From contig DATMJC010000044.1 in the NCBI GenBank assembly GCA_035554435.1, forward strand, positions 30,624-94,623: a DNA stretch of 64,000 bases. The letters run 5' to 3'. The position numbers and the translations under genes were made by a program. The notes under the pieces are model-generated. The model made no database searches and was not told the origin of the DNA. It worked only from the letters and a program-made list of their open reading frames with translations. This document shows positions 26,208 to 35,157 of the stretch, one piece after another. Within the stretch, counting starts at the first letter, position 1. Each line of letters starts with the position of its first letter. This stretch comes from Burkholderiales bacterium. GTDB taxonomy: Bacteria > Pseudomonadota > Gammaproteobacteria > Burkholderiales > SG8-39.

Positions 26208-27607
26208 CTTGAGGCCTCCCCTGTTTGTGCTCCCGGGTGGTACCCGTAAAGCTGATTTCCCAGCAACCAAAAGTCTATCACCGCGTGGCGCCCCTTGACG
26301 TCCACGCGCGCGCTGCGCGGGCCTTGCGGTGTCTGAATCGTGACACTGTGCACACCGGCGGGCAGGCGCGCCCGCGCAATCGAGATGTCGGAGGGCAGCG
26401 TGCGCCAGGTGCGATCGTCGGCCCCTGACACCAGCACCGAGCCGAGCGTCACGATCATCGCCGCGAGACCGGCTGCATTGTTACCGCGGTCGGCGGACCT
26501 CTGAGTCTGCACCTGCGCTACGGCGCTCGCGGCAGCGCGCACCGAAGCGCGCAGCATGATCGAAGGCATGTCGTCCTTCAGCCGGCGCCGGGCCATCAGG
26601 TCGACGCTGGTGATGGGTGCGAGCGGCACGGAGCCGGCGCCGTCCACGGCGAGCGCGTTCGGCCGCGGCGCCCAGGCGCTCGGCGTGATCACCGGAAACG
26701 AGATCGGCACCAATACCCACCTGTAACCTGACAACACCGGCAGGTTGAACTGCTGCGAGTGAATCGCGGGCGCCGAACCAGAGGCGACGATGAAGAGCAC
26801 GTCCACCTTTCCGTCGTCAGGCGCATGCAAGCGTGCTTCCAGACCGGAGAGCGCCTCTTCCAGGAGCGGCACGCCGGGATGAAGCTCGTTCGCGAGGCGA
26901 TAGCCCGGGGCGGCGAGGCTCAGCTCGCCGAGCGCCTCGTAGATGAACCCCGCCAGATAGTGCGAGAGCGCGCTCTGATAGCTGTTCATGAGCGCGTTCA
27001 CCTCGGCGTTGTCGATGCTCTGCACCGGGTAGCCGTTCAGCTCCTTGAAGCTGGTGCGCGCGCCGCGCTTCTTCGCTTCTTCCTGCACCTCGGCGAGCTG
27101 CTTCACGCGCTCCTCCGCGATCAGCGCCTCCAGCTCGTGGGTCTGCTTGATCGCCACGCGGGCGTTCTCGTAGTCACCGAGCGCGAGATGATTGAGCGCA
27201 ATGTAGGTGAGGAGCATGACCTTTTCGTAGTCATAGCCGTCGTACGTGCGCAGCTTGTCGCTCAGGAGGTAGCTCGAGCTGCTGCGCACCAGGCTCGCGG
27301 CCTGGGCGAGCGGGTCGCGCACCTGGATGCGGGCGTTGGCGGCCATCCAGGTCTTCTGGCTATCCGGGTAGCGGTTGCCCAGGCGCTGCAGCATGCCGAG
27401 CTCGAGGTAGTAGAGCAGGTCGCGGTCGTTGACCGCATTGTTCGAGTCGAGCGTCTTGATCGCGCCGTCGACGTTGCCGGCCAGGGCGTAATTGAGCGTG
27501 CCGGTCAGCTCACGGTCATAGCTACGGAACGCGGCGCAGCCGGTCAGGCCGAGCGCGAGCACTAGGGCCGGCACGAGCGCGCGAAGCGACGGCGGCCAGG
27601 ACGGCAT
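26204..27607 (-). CDS. Large TPR-like lipoprotein (COG3014-like)
   Basis: 467 aa with lipobox GLTGCAAF. The N-terminal half is helical-repeat (YYLELGMLQRLGNRY, ALNHLALGDYENA). Confidence 0.6.
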   Translation of the reverse strand: MPSWPPSLRALVPALVLALGLTGCAAFRSYDRELTGTLNYALAGNVDGAIKTLDSNNAVNDRDLLYYLELGMLQRLGNRYPDSQKTWMAANARIQVRDPLAQAASLVRSSSSYLLSDKLRTYDGYDYEKVMLLTYIALNHLALGDYENARVAIKQTHELEALIAEERVKQLAEVQEEAKKRGARTSFKELNGYPVQSIDNAEVNALMNSYQSALSHYLAGFIYEALGELSLAAPGYRLANELHPGVPLLEEALSGLEARLHAPDDGKVDVLFIVASGSAPAIHSQQFNLPVLSGYRWVLVPISFPVITPSAWAPRPNALAVDGAGSVPLAPITSVDLMARRRLKDDMPSIMLRASVRAAASAVAQVQTQRSADRGNNAAGLAAMIVTLGSVLVSGADDRTWRTLPSDISIARARLPAGVHSVTIQTPQGPRSARVDVKGRHAVIDFWLLGNQLYGYHPGAQTGEASR

Positions 27608-27711
27608 ATCCCCCCTTCCGTGTACGCCGATGGACTTGGACTTGCCGCGATTTTACGCTCGAACGCCTCGTCGCCACTATTGATTAGTGCCGTGTAAAAA
27701 TGGGGACAGCC

Positions 27712-28551
27712 ATGCCTACACTCAAGATTCGCGACGTCAACATCCACTATCGCGTCCTCGGCACCGGCGGGCCGTGGCTCGCGCTCATCACCGGCGGCCG
27801 CAGGGGCTTCAACGAGTTCGTTCCTCTCGCCGAGAAGATCGCCGCGCACGGTGTCCGAGTGCTCCTGCATGACCGGCGCAACACTGGCGCCTCCGACATC
27901 CTCATCGACGGGAAGGATGGAGAAGAAGAGATCTGGACCGACGATCTCTACGAGCTCCTCGGCAGGCTCGAGGCGCGCCCCGCGGTGGTGGGCGGCGCCT
28001 CCTCCGGCGCGCGCACCTCGATCCTCACCTACCTGCGCCACCCCGATGCGGTGCGCGCGCTCTTCCTGATGCGGCTCACCGGCGGAGAGTTCGCCGCCGG
28101 ACGGCTGCCCGAGATGTACTACGGCCAGTTCATCAAGGCCGCACGCGAAGGCGGCATGGCCGCCGTGTGCGCCACCGAGCAGTACCAGGAGCGCATCGCC
28201 GCCAATCCCGCCAACCGCGAGCGCCTGATGTGCATGGATCCGAAGCGCTATGTCGAGGTGATGTCGAGCTGGCTCGCGATCTTCACCCGCGGCCCGGTGG
28301 CGCCGATGTACGGCGTCACCGACGCGCAGCTCGCGTCGATCCGCGTGCCTTCGATCGTCATTCCCGGCAACGACAAGACGCACTCGATGCCCTGCGGGCG
28401 CGCCATCCAGCGCCTCATTCCGGGCAGCCGCCTGGTCGAGCTGCAACTGGAAGACCAGGACCGGCCGCTCGTCCCGTTCCCCGAATGGGCGCCGCACGAG
28501 GAAACGATCGCGCGCGTCTGCGCCGACTTCGTCAAGAGCAACTCAAAATAG
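27712..28551 (+). CDS. Alpha/beta-fold hydrolase
   Basis: MPTLKIRDVNIHYRVLG..., nucleophile motif GGASSGA and VPSIVIPGNDKTH. An alternative ATG is at 27700. The TAG stop lies inside the 28545 palindrome. Confidence 0.8.
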   Translation: MPTLKIRDVNIHYRVLGTGGPWLALITGGRRGFNEFVPLAEKIAAHGVRVLLHDRRNTGASDILIDGKDGEEEIWTDDLYELLGRLEARPAVVGGASSGARTSILTYLRHPDAVRALFLMRLTGGEFAAGRLPEMYYGQFIKAAREGGMAAVCATEQYQERIAANPANRERLMCMDPKRYVEVMSSWLAIFTRGPVAPMYGVTDAQLASIRVPSIVIPGNDKTHSMPCGRAIQRLIPGSRLVELQLEDQDRPLVPFPEWAPHEETIARVCADFVKSNSK

Positions 28552-28567
28552 GGACAGTCCCTATTTT
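28545..28567. repeat. Perfect family-2 palindrome AAAATAGGGAC-A-GTCCCTATTTT
   Basis: 11-bp arms, read directly. It contains stop codon 28549-28551 and ends 3 nt before ATG 28571. Confidence 0.95.
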
Positions 28568-28570
28568 TCT

Positions 28571-30226
28571 ATGACCCGCATTACCGGGCGCAGAGCCTTC
28601 CTGCAGCTCCTCGCCGACGAAGGCGTCACGCATCTCTTCGGCAATCCGGGCACCACCGAGCTCGCCATCATGGAAGTGGTGCCCGACTTTCCCCAGCTCA
28701 AGTTCGTGCTCGGCCTGCAGGAGTCGGCGGTGATGGCGATGGCCGACGGCTTCTGCCGCGCCTCGGGCCGCCTCGCCGCGGCCAACGTCCACGTGATGCC
28801 GGGCCTGGGCAACGCGATGGGCGCGCTCTACAACGCCAAGTTCTCGGGCTCGCCGGTGATCCTCACCGCCGGCCAGCAGGAGCAGGGGCACGGCCTGCTC
28901 GAGCCGCTGCTCTACGAGCCGCTCGTGCCGGTGGCGCAGCCGCTCGTCAAGTGGGCCGTGGAAGCCACACGCGCCGCAGACCTGCCGCGCATCCTGCACC
29001 GCGCGGCGAAGATCGCGCTCACGCCGCCGACGGGTCCGGTGTTCCTCAGCTTGCCGGGCGACGTGCTCGACGAAGAGGTGGACGTGGACATGGGCCGTCC
29101 AGTACGCCTCCACACCGAAACACAACCTTCAAGTGAGGCGTTAAAGAAAATCTCGGATTTGCTGCTCGCCGCGAAACGTCCGGTGATCATTGCCGGCCAG
29201 GAGCTCGCGCAGCGCGACGCCTTCGCCGAAGCCGCCGAGCTCGCCGAGCTTCTCGGCGCGGCGGTGTACCAGTCCTCCGTCCCGTACTCGGCGCAGTTCC
29301 CCACCGCGCACCCCGCCTTCATGGGGGCGCTTACGCGCCAGCAGAAGCAGGTGCGCGGCGCGCTCGAGGCCCACGACCTGCTCCTGTGCCTCGGCGCCGA
29401 CCTCCTGCGCATGTCGGTGTACAGCCCGCTCGAGCCGCTACCCGGGAACCTCCCGGTGATCCACATCTCCGAGCGCGCTCACGAGCTCGGCAAGAACTAC
29501 CGCACCGACCTCGCGATACAGGCCGACGTCAAGGCGACTCTTCTTTCCCTCCTGCCTTTGCTGAGGCAAAGGGCCGATCGCGCTTTGGCTGCTGGCCGGT
29601 TGTCGGAGCTCAAGGGGAAGAACTGGACCGCTCAGCGCGACAAGGCGCGCGTCGACGCGATGATGGCGGCGGAGACCTCGCCGATCGACCCGCTATACCT
29701 GATGCTGCGCTTCACCGAGTCGCTGCCGCGCGACGCGGTGGTGGTGGACGAAGGCCTGGTCAGCACCTACAGCCTGCCGAAGTTCCTGCCGCTCGCCGGG
29801 CCGAAGGACTACTACGGCCTCGCGAGCGGCGGCCTCGGCTTCGCCGTTCCCGGCGCGGTCGGCATCAGCATGGCGCTCCCCGGGCGGCCGATCGCGGTGA
29901 TGGTGGGCGACGGCAGCGCGATGTACGGCATCCAGGGACTCTGGACCGCCGCGCACGAGCGGCTGCCGATCACCTACATCGTGGCGAACAACCGCGGCTA
30001 CCGCATCATCAAGGAGCGCCTGGTGGCGTTCCGCAAGACCGACCGCTTCACCGGCATGGACCTGCGCGACCCGGACATCGACTTCGTGTCGCTCGCCGCG
30101 TCGTTCGGCCTCTCCGCGCGCCGCGTCACCGATCCGCAGGACATCGCGCCGGCGCTACGCGAGGCGTTCGCGAGCGGCGCGCCCAACGTGGTCGACGTGC
30201 GCGTCGCCGACGGCTTCGGCGCCTAG
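28571..30226 (+). CDS. Thiamine-diphosphate-dependent enzyme (benzoylformate decarboxylase/acetolactate synthase-like)
   Basis: 551 aa. N-terminal GVTHLFGNPGTTEL and the ThDP-binding region VMVGDGSAMYGIQGLWTAAHERLPITYIVANN. Confidence 0.85.
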   Translation: MTRITGRRAFLQLLADEGVTHLFGNPGTTELAIMEVVPDFPQLKFVLGLQESAVMAMADGFCRASGRLAAANVHVMPGLGNAMGALYNAKFSGSPVILTAGQQEQGHGLLEPLLYEPLVPVAQPLVKWAVEATRAADLPRILHRAAKIALTPPTGPVFLSLPGDVLDEEVDVDMGRPVRLHTETQPSSEALKKISDLLLAAKRPVIIAGQELAQRDAFAEAAELAELLGAAVYQSSVPYSAQFPTAHPAFMGALTRQQKQVRGALEAHDLLLCLGADLLRMSVYSPLEPLPGNLPVIHISERAHELGKNYRTDLAIQADVKATLLSLLPLLRQRADRALAAGRLSELKGKNWTAQRDKARVDAMMAAETSPIDPLYLMLRFTESLPRDAVVVDEGLVSTYSLPKFLPLAGPKDYYGLASGGLGFAVPGAVGISMALPGRPIAVMVGDGSAMYGIQGLWTAAHERLPITYIVANNRGYRIIKERLVAFRKTDRFTGMDLRDPDIDFVSLAASFGLSARRVTDPQDIAPALREAFASGAPNVVDVRVADGFGA

Positions 30227-30332
30227 TCCGGGAAAAACCGACCGGAAGAGTCGGGAAAGACCCTGCACCGTAACGAGCGTACCCGCAGCGCCGGGGCCGG
30301 GTTGGTCGCGATGTAAAGTTCGACGCTCGCCC

Positions 30333-31025
30333 ATGTTCTACCGGGATCACACTCTCCTGATCCACAAGGCCGTCGCCGCCGCCGGCGGCGAGGATAAGCT
30401 GCGCATGCTGCTGCGGGTATCGTGGCCGCAGCTCCAGGCGTGGCTCGATGCGCGCTCCGCGGTACCGACCGACGTGTTCCTCAAGCTCGTCGACCTGCTG
30501 GAGCAGGCGCCGGAGCCGGCGGAGCCGGCGCTGCATCCGTTCCTCGCGCCGGACTACGCCGCCACCAGCCGCGAACAGGTTTGCGAAGCCGCGCTCGACG
30601 CGGCCCTCTGCGTCACCGGAAGCGATCTCGGCAACGTGCAGCTCCTGGACGCGAGCGGCGTGCTGCGCATCTGCGCGCAACGCGGCTTCGAACAACGTTT
30701 CCTCGAGTTCTTCGCCGAAGTGAAAGGCGCCGAATCGGCCTGCGGCGTGGCGCTGATCCTCGGGCGGCAATACTCCGTGCCCGACGTCCAGGCGCATCCG
30801 GTGTTTCGCGGCACCGCGGCGGGCGACGTGATGCTCTCGGCCGGAGCGCACGCGGTAGAGTCGAGCCCGATCGTCAGCTCGGCCGGCGTGCCGCTCGGCA
30901 TGCTTTCGGTGCACCACCGCCAGCCCGGCACGCCCGACGAATGCGTGCTCGCGCTTCTCTACCGCATCGCGCGCCGCGCCGGCGCGCTGCTGGGAAAATC
31001 GGGGTCCGGCCCCGCTTTTCCCTAG
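30333..31025 (+). CDS. HTH-like N-terminal module fused to a GAF domain
   Basis: The GAF-like core is GNVQLLDASGVLRICAQRGF...ACGVAL...VESSPIVSSAGVPLGMLSVHH. The N-terminal AGGEDKLRMLLRVSWPQLQAWL resembles a Cro/YdaS-type HTH. Confidence 0.65.
   Translation: MFYRDHTLLIHKAVAAAGGEDKLRMLLRVSWPQLQAWLDARSAVPTDVFLKLVDLLEQAPEPAEPALHPFLAPDYAATSREQVCEAALDAALCVTGSDLGNVQLLDASGVLRICAQRGFEQRFLEFFAEVKGAESACGVALILGRQYSVPDVQAHPVFRGTAAGDVMLSAGAHAVESSPIVSSAGVPLGMLSVHHRQPGTPDECVLALLYRIARRAGALLGKSGSGPAFP
30995..31019. repeat. Family-1 palindrome variant AAAATCGGGGTCCGGCCCCGCTTTT overlapping the 3' ends of two convergent genes
   Basis: Read directly. It encodes the last residues (KSGSGPAFP) of the GAF protein and lies next to the stop (31022-31024, minus strand) of the tctC-like gene. 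Confidence 0.75.
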
Positions 31026-31987
31026 TGCGGCTTGATTCCGGTTTCCTGGGCGATCTTGCCGAAGATCGCCATCCAATCTTCGTAGCGCTTCGTGACGTCC
31101 TGCGGGCTGCTTGCCTGCGGCACCGATCCCGCCTTGGCGAAGCGCCCGCGCAGTTCCTCGTTGCCGAGGCTGCGGGCGATCGCGCGGCTGAGGATCTCGA
31201 CCACTTCCGGGCGTATTCCCGCAGGGCCCATGATGCTGCGCCAGGCCGGCAAGTCGTAGGCCGGCATCCCCGACTCGGCCATCGTCGGCACCTCGGGCAG
31301 CATTTCCGAGCGCACCCGCGAGGTCACCGCGAGCGCGCGCAGCTTGCCGCTGTTCGTGACGGCGCCGACCACCGGCGAGAAGAAGTAATCGACGCGTCCG
31401 CTGACGACGTCCACCAGCGCCTCTCCCGTCGTCTTGTACGGCACCTCGACCGCCTGGATCCTGTTGACGTGATTGAAGACCACCGCGGTCCAATAGGGCA
31501 TCTGGCCGGCGCCAAGCGTCGCGTAGGTCATCTTGCCGGGACGCTGCCGCGCGAGCGCGATGAACTCCTGGACGTTGCGCGCCGGGAGCGATGAATCGAT
31601 CACCAGCACGAACGGCGAGGTCTCGACCAGCGAGATCGGAGTGAAATCCTTCAGCAGGTCGTACGTGACATTGGCGTTCACGTAGCGCGCGCCCGCCATC
31701 GACCCGCCCGCGAGGAGCAGCGTGTAGCCGTCCGGGGGCGACCTGGCGACGAAGGTCTGGCCGATCATGCCGCCCGCGCCGGGGCGGTTCTCGACGACGA
31801 ACTGCTGCCCGAGGAGCCCGGAGAGCCCGGCCGCGACCTGGCGTGCGACGAAATCGTCGCCGCTCCCCGCGCCGGCGGCGACGATGACGCGCACCGGCTT
31901 GACCGGGTAATCGTCGGCGGCCGCGCCGGCGCCCGCGAATACCGCCAGCACTCCTGCCCAAAGAAAAGCGCGGCCTATCTGGCCCAT
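31022..31987 (-). CDS. Bug/TctC-family substrate-binding protein (orphan, last gene of the 38.2-31.0 kb array)
   Basis: 321 aa. YPVKPVRVIVAAGAGSGDDFVAR, ENRPGAGGMIG, PDGYTLLL and VPYKTTGEA. Confidence 0.88.
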   Translation of the reverse strand: MGQIGRAFLWAGVLAVFAGAGAAADDYPVKPVRVIVAAGAGSGDDFVARQVAAGLSGLLGQQFVVENRPGAGGMIGQTFVARSPPDGYTLLLAGGSMAGARYVNANVTYDLLKDFTPISLVETSPFVLVIDSSLPARNVQEFIALARQRPGKMTYATLGAGQMPYWTAVVFNHVNRIQAVEVPYKTTGEALVDVVSGRVDYFFSPVVGAVTNSGKLRALAVTSRVRSEMLPEVPTMAESGMPAYDLPAWRSIMGPAGIRPEVVEILSRAIARSLGNEELRGRFAKAGSVPQASSPQDVTKRYEDWMAIFGKIAQETGIKPH

Positions 31988-31991
31988 GAAA

Positions 31992-32471
31992 TCAATTCGG
32001 GTTCTTGGGCTTCCCGGACTCGTCGACCCGGATGGTGGCGCTCGGGCCGATGCCCATGATCTGCACGATTACTTCCTCGTCCTTCGCGCCGTCCCAGTGG
32101 ATCTGGTTCGGGTGGTGCACCACGAAGCTGCCCGCGGGCACCGGCGTGGTCTTGCTCTTGTCCTGCACCGGGCCCGAGCCCACCCACCAGGTGCCTTTGA
32201 GCACGGTGATGTAGCGCGTCTCGGGATGGAAGTGCGGCGGGCTGAACGTGCCCGGCGAGAAGCGGTTGCGCACGACGTACATCTGCCCCGGGACCTTCGG
32301 GTCGCCGGAGATCACCGCGTTTGCAGCGCCCGGCACGATCGGGCTGGGATTGAACTTCACCTCCTCCGAGCGCCAGATGTTCATGACCTCTTTCGGCGGG
32401 TCGGCGAGCACCGGGAAGGAAGCACTCATTGCCAGAAGCAAGAGCGAACAAAGGGTGTTTGCTGTCTTCAT
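31992..32471 (-). CDS. Exported cupin-domain protein
   Basis: Internal ATG (MKTANTLCSLLLLAMSASFPVLA) of track ORF 31992-34445. Cupin motifs PPHFHPETRYITVLKGTW and HHPNQIHW. Confidence 0.7.
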   Translation of the reverse strand: MKTANTLCSLLLLAMSASFPVLADPPKEVMNIWRSEEVKFNPSPIVPGAANAVISGDPKVPGQMYVVRNRFSPGTFSPPHFHPETRYITVLKGTWWVGSGPVQDKSKTTPVPAGSFVVHHPNQIHWDGAKDEEVIVQIMGIGPSATIRVDESGKPKNPN

Positions 32472-32494
32472 GACTCGTCCTCCTCCAGGGTGAG

Positions 32495-32518
32495 AAAAAC
32501 AGCGACCGTCCCTATTTT
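32495..32518. repeat. Degenerate family-2 palindrome (AAAAACAGCGAC-C-GTCCCTATTTT)
   Basis: Read directly. Lies between the two cupin genes and abuts the stop at 32519-32521 (TTTTCTAG). Confidence 0.7.
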
Positions 32519-33139
32519 CTAGGGCTCGCGTGAATCGATGAGGATGAACGCGACGCGGCACGGCTCCTTGCCGCGGTTCACCCACGCGTGATTGGTCGCC
32601 TGCTGCACCACCACGTCGCCCGCCTTGAGGTGCACCACGCTGTCGTCGAGCAGCATGTCGATCTCCCCCGACATGATGATCGCGTAGTCCAGGCTGCGCG
32701 TGCGATGCATCATCGGGTGGCTCGGCGGCCGGCCCTTCGCCGGCGCCTCGTCGCCGACGATGCGCATCATGTAGTTCATCTCGGTCGGGTGGCCGGGCGC
32801 CGACTCCGGCGCGAAGTCGACCACGCGGAACACCGTGCCCGACTTCGGCGGCACCAGCCCGATCTTGGTCTTGCCGCGGTCGTCGCTCCACGAGAAGTCG
32901 GGCAGGCTCTTGTCGGTGATCCAGACGTTCGCCGCGGCGTTGGGCGGCCGCGGCGCGGTAAGCCGCGTACGCTCGTCGATCATCACCACCGCCTTGCCGG
33001 ACTCGTCGAGCTTGGTGACGACGCGCCGTACCTCTGGAGCCTGTTTCTGCTGCCCGAGGACATAGCCGCCAAAGCCGGTTGCCGCGCCGACCAGAAAAAT
33101 GGTGACAGTCACCATTTTCTTCACAAGCTTTGTCTTCAT
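32519..33139 (-). CDS. Cupin-domain protein with N-terminal signal anchor
   Basis: 206 aa. MHRTRSLDYAIIMSGEIDMLLDDSVVHLKAGDVVVQQATNHAWVNRG is a cupin core. The N-terminus is MKTKLVKKMVTVTIFLVGAATGFGG. Confidence 0.7.
   Translation of the reverse strand: MKTKLVKKMVTVTIFLVGAATGFGGYVLGQQKQAPEVRRVVTKLDESGKAVVMIDERTRLTAPRPPNAAANVWITDKSLPDFSWSDDRGKTKIGLVPPKSGTVFRVVDFAPESAPGHPTEMNYMMRIVGDEAPAKGRPPSHPMMHRTRSLDYAIIMSGEIDMLLDDSVVHLKAGDVVVQQATNHAWVNRGKEPCRVAFILIDSREP
33096..33118. repeat. Perfect 23-nt palindrome AAAATGGTGAC-A-GTCACCATTTT inside the cupin signal-anchor coding region
   Basis: Read directly. On the minus strand it encodes K-M-V-T-V-T-I-F. It has the same architecture as family 2. Confidence 0.85.
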
Positions 33140-33169
33140 GACGATCCCCTCCCCGGGCCGCGTTCGATT

Positions 33170-34798
33170 CTAGTCCAGCCTCTCGTCGAGCGGCGCCAAT
33201 CGGATGATCGAGGCGCCGTGATTGCTGCCGACCCAGAAGGTCACCGGCTTCGTCCGGTTGTCGACGAACACGCGCCGCACGTTGGTCTGGCGGGGCAGCA
33301 GGTACTCGAGCGACTTCCCGCTCGCCGGGTCGAAGCGCAGGATGCGGTCGCTCGACATCGAGCCGCTCCAGAGCTCGCCGTTCCGGTCGACGAACACGTC
33401 GTACGGATAGGTGTGCGGCGTCGGCGCGTCCCACTCGCGGAAGCTCTCCTTCGCCGGATCGAACATCGCCACCTTGTTCGCGGCGAACTCGGCGAACCAG
33501 ACCCGGCCCTGCGCGTCCATCATCGTGCGCCGCGGGCGCGAGCGCGGCGTAGGTGTGGGATAGATCATGGCCTGGCCCGTCTTTGCGTCGATGCGGCCGA
33601 TCGCCTCGCCGCCGAAGTCCATGAAGAAGAGATTGTTGGCCGCATCCGCCACCAGCCCGTACGGGGAGTGGCTGCCGCCCATCATCTTGAACGGCTCGAA
33701 CAGCTCGTACTTGCCGCTCTTGATGTCGAGGCGCATCAGCGCCTGCTTCGCTACCTCGTTGGTCCACACCTTGCCGTCGACGTGCGACTGGCGCGGCATG
33801 ACCATCGATTGCTGAGAGGCGTCGGTGTTCATCTCCGGCGGCAGGCGAAAGACCTGAAAGGCTTTCTTCCGCACGTCGAACTTGACCACGCCCGTCTGGA
33901 ACATCGCCGCCAGCCAGAAGTTGCCGTCGCGGTCGGTGGAGAGCGCGAGCGCCCCGGTGGGCGCCCCGGGCTTGACCGCCGGCCAGGCGAACTCCTCGTG
34001 CGCGCCGGTTTTCGGGTCGAGGCGGCCAAGGTAGTTGTCGACGAAGTTGGAATACCAGGCCATGCCCTCTGCGTCGATCTGGACGTCGTGGGGCGCGATC
34101 GTCTTGCGCGGCATGTCGTATTCGGTGATCACCACGCGCGTTGCGCGGCCCGACGGGCGCGGCAGGGTCTTCAGGGAATATGCCCAGGGGCCGCTGCTCT
34201 GGTTGACGGTGGCGAGATAGGCCGCCAGCCGCCGCAGGTTCTGCTCTTCGTACTTGCGCTCGACCTTGCGCACCTGCACCTTCTGCAGGGTGCTGTTGTT
34301 GGCGTAGGTGGTCATGCGCTTCAGCACTTCGAACATCTCGCCCGCGCCGTGCTTCGTCCGCAGGATGCGCTCGAAGGTATGGCAGCTCATGCATTCGATC
34401 AGCGGCCGCTTCTGCTCCGTCGTGCCCGGCATGCTGATGAACCACTCGGTGTTGGTGAGCTGGGCGGCGAGGTCCTTCGCCTTGCGCAGGGTCAGCTGGA
34501 TCGTGCCGTCGTCCCCGCTCGCGCTGCGCTCGAGCTCGTAGCCTACGGCGCGGGTCGAGTATTCGTACTTGCCCGGCGGCAGGCTGGCCTCCGGGAAGCG
34601 GAACTCGCCTTTCGCGTCGCTCACCACGGTGACGGTGATCGGCGAGCCGGCACGGCGCGCGCTGACCAGGACGCCTTCCATCGCGCCTTCCTCGCGGGAC
34701 GACACGTGGCCGCGCAGCTCGGCCGCAGCGCCGGTGCCGCAGAAAAGCAGAAGCAGTGTGAAACCGAAAAGCGCCTTCAGCCGCGCTCCATCCTGCAT
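33170..34798 (-). CDS. Exported CarboxypepD_reg-like beta-sandwich + CxxCH + beta-propeller (Vgb/NHL-like) protein (P2)
   Basis: Internal ATG (MQDGARLKALFGFTLLLLFCGTGAAAE). Beta-sandwich GVLVSARRAGSPITVTVVSDAKGEFRFPEASLPPGKYEY. Haem motif IECMSCHTFE. Repeated strand-turn motifs run to the C-terminus. Confidence 0.75.
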   Translation of the reverse strand: MQDGARLKALFGFTLLLLFCGTGAAAELRGHVSSREEGAMEGVLVSARRAGSPITVTVVSDAKGEFRFPEASLPPGKYEYSTRAVGYELERSASGDDGTIQLTLRKAKDLAAQLTNTEWFISMPGTTEQKRPLIECMSCHTFERILRTKHGAGEMFEVLKRMTTYANNSTLQKVQVRKVERKYEEQNLRRLAAYLATVNQSSGPWAYSLKTLPRPSGRATRVVITEYDMPRKTIAPHDVQIDAEGMAWYSNFVDNYLGRLDPKTGAHEEFAWPAVKPGAPTGALALSTDRDGNFWLAAMFQTGVVKFDVRKKAFQVFRLPPEMNTDASQQSMVMPRQSHVDGKVWTNEVAKQALMRLDIKSGKYELFEPFKMMGGSHSPYGLVADAANNLFFMDFGGEAIGRIDAKTGQAMIYPTPTPRSRPRRTMMDAQGRVWFAEFAANKVAMFDPAKESFREWDAPTPHTYPYDVFVDRNGELWSGSMSSDRILRFDPASGKSLEYLLPRQTNVRRVFVDNRTKPVTFWVGSNHGASIIRLAPLDERLD

Positions 34799-35157
34799 TC
34801 GGTTTCGACCGGCTTGGGCGGATTGGCTTTGGCGATCGGGCGGCGGATCACGCGCGTCTGCTTGTAGCCTTCCTTCGCACAAGCGATGACGACCTCCGCC
34901 GGATTGATGTTCGTGCTGAAGGTCGGCAGGCGGTAGAGACCGGTCGCGGTGGTCTGGACGATGAAGGTGTTGCCGCTCTTCATCGTCGCGGTGACCTTCG
35001 CGCTGGCGATGGGCGCGCCACGCGCATCCTTCACGTAACCGAAGAAGACCAGCCCTTCGTCCTGGTGCTCGTCCGGGCCGCCCATTTCGCCGCCGGCCAT
35101 TGCCTCCCCCGAAGCAATCGCGATCGCAGCCACGGCGAGTCGCGCGAGCCTGCTCAC
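34777..35157 (-). CDS. Small exported CarboxypepD_reg-like protein
   Basis: GTG 35157 overlaps the upstream stop (GTGA). Leader VSRLARLAVAAIAIASGEAMA. GYVKDARGAPIASAKVTATMKSGNTFIVQTTATGLYRL is beta-sandwich-like. Confidence 0.5.
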   Translation of the reverse strand: MSRLARLAVAAIAIASGEAMAGGEMGGPDEHQDEGLVFFGYVKDARGAPIASAKVTATMKSGNTFIVQTTATGLYRLPTFSTNINPAEVVIACAKEGYKQTRVIRRPIAKANPPKPVETECRMERG

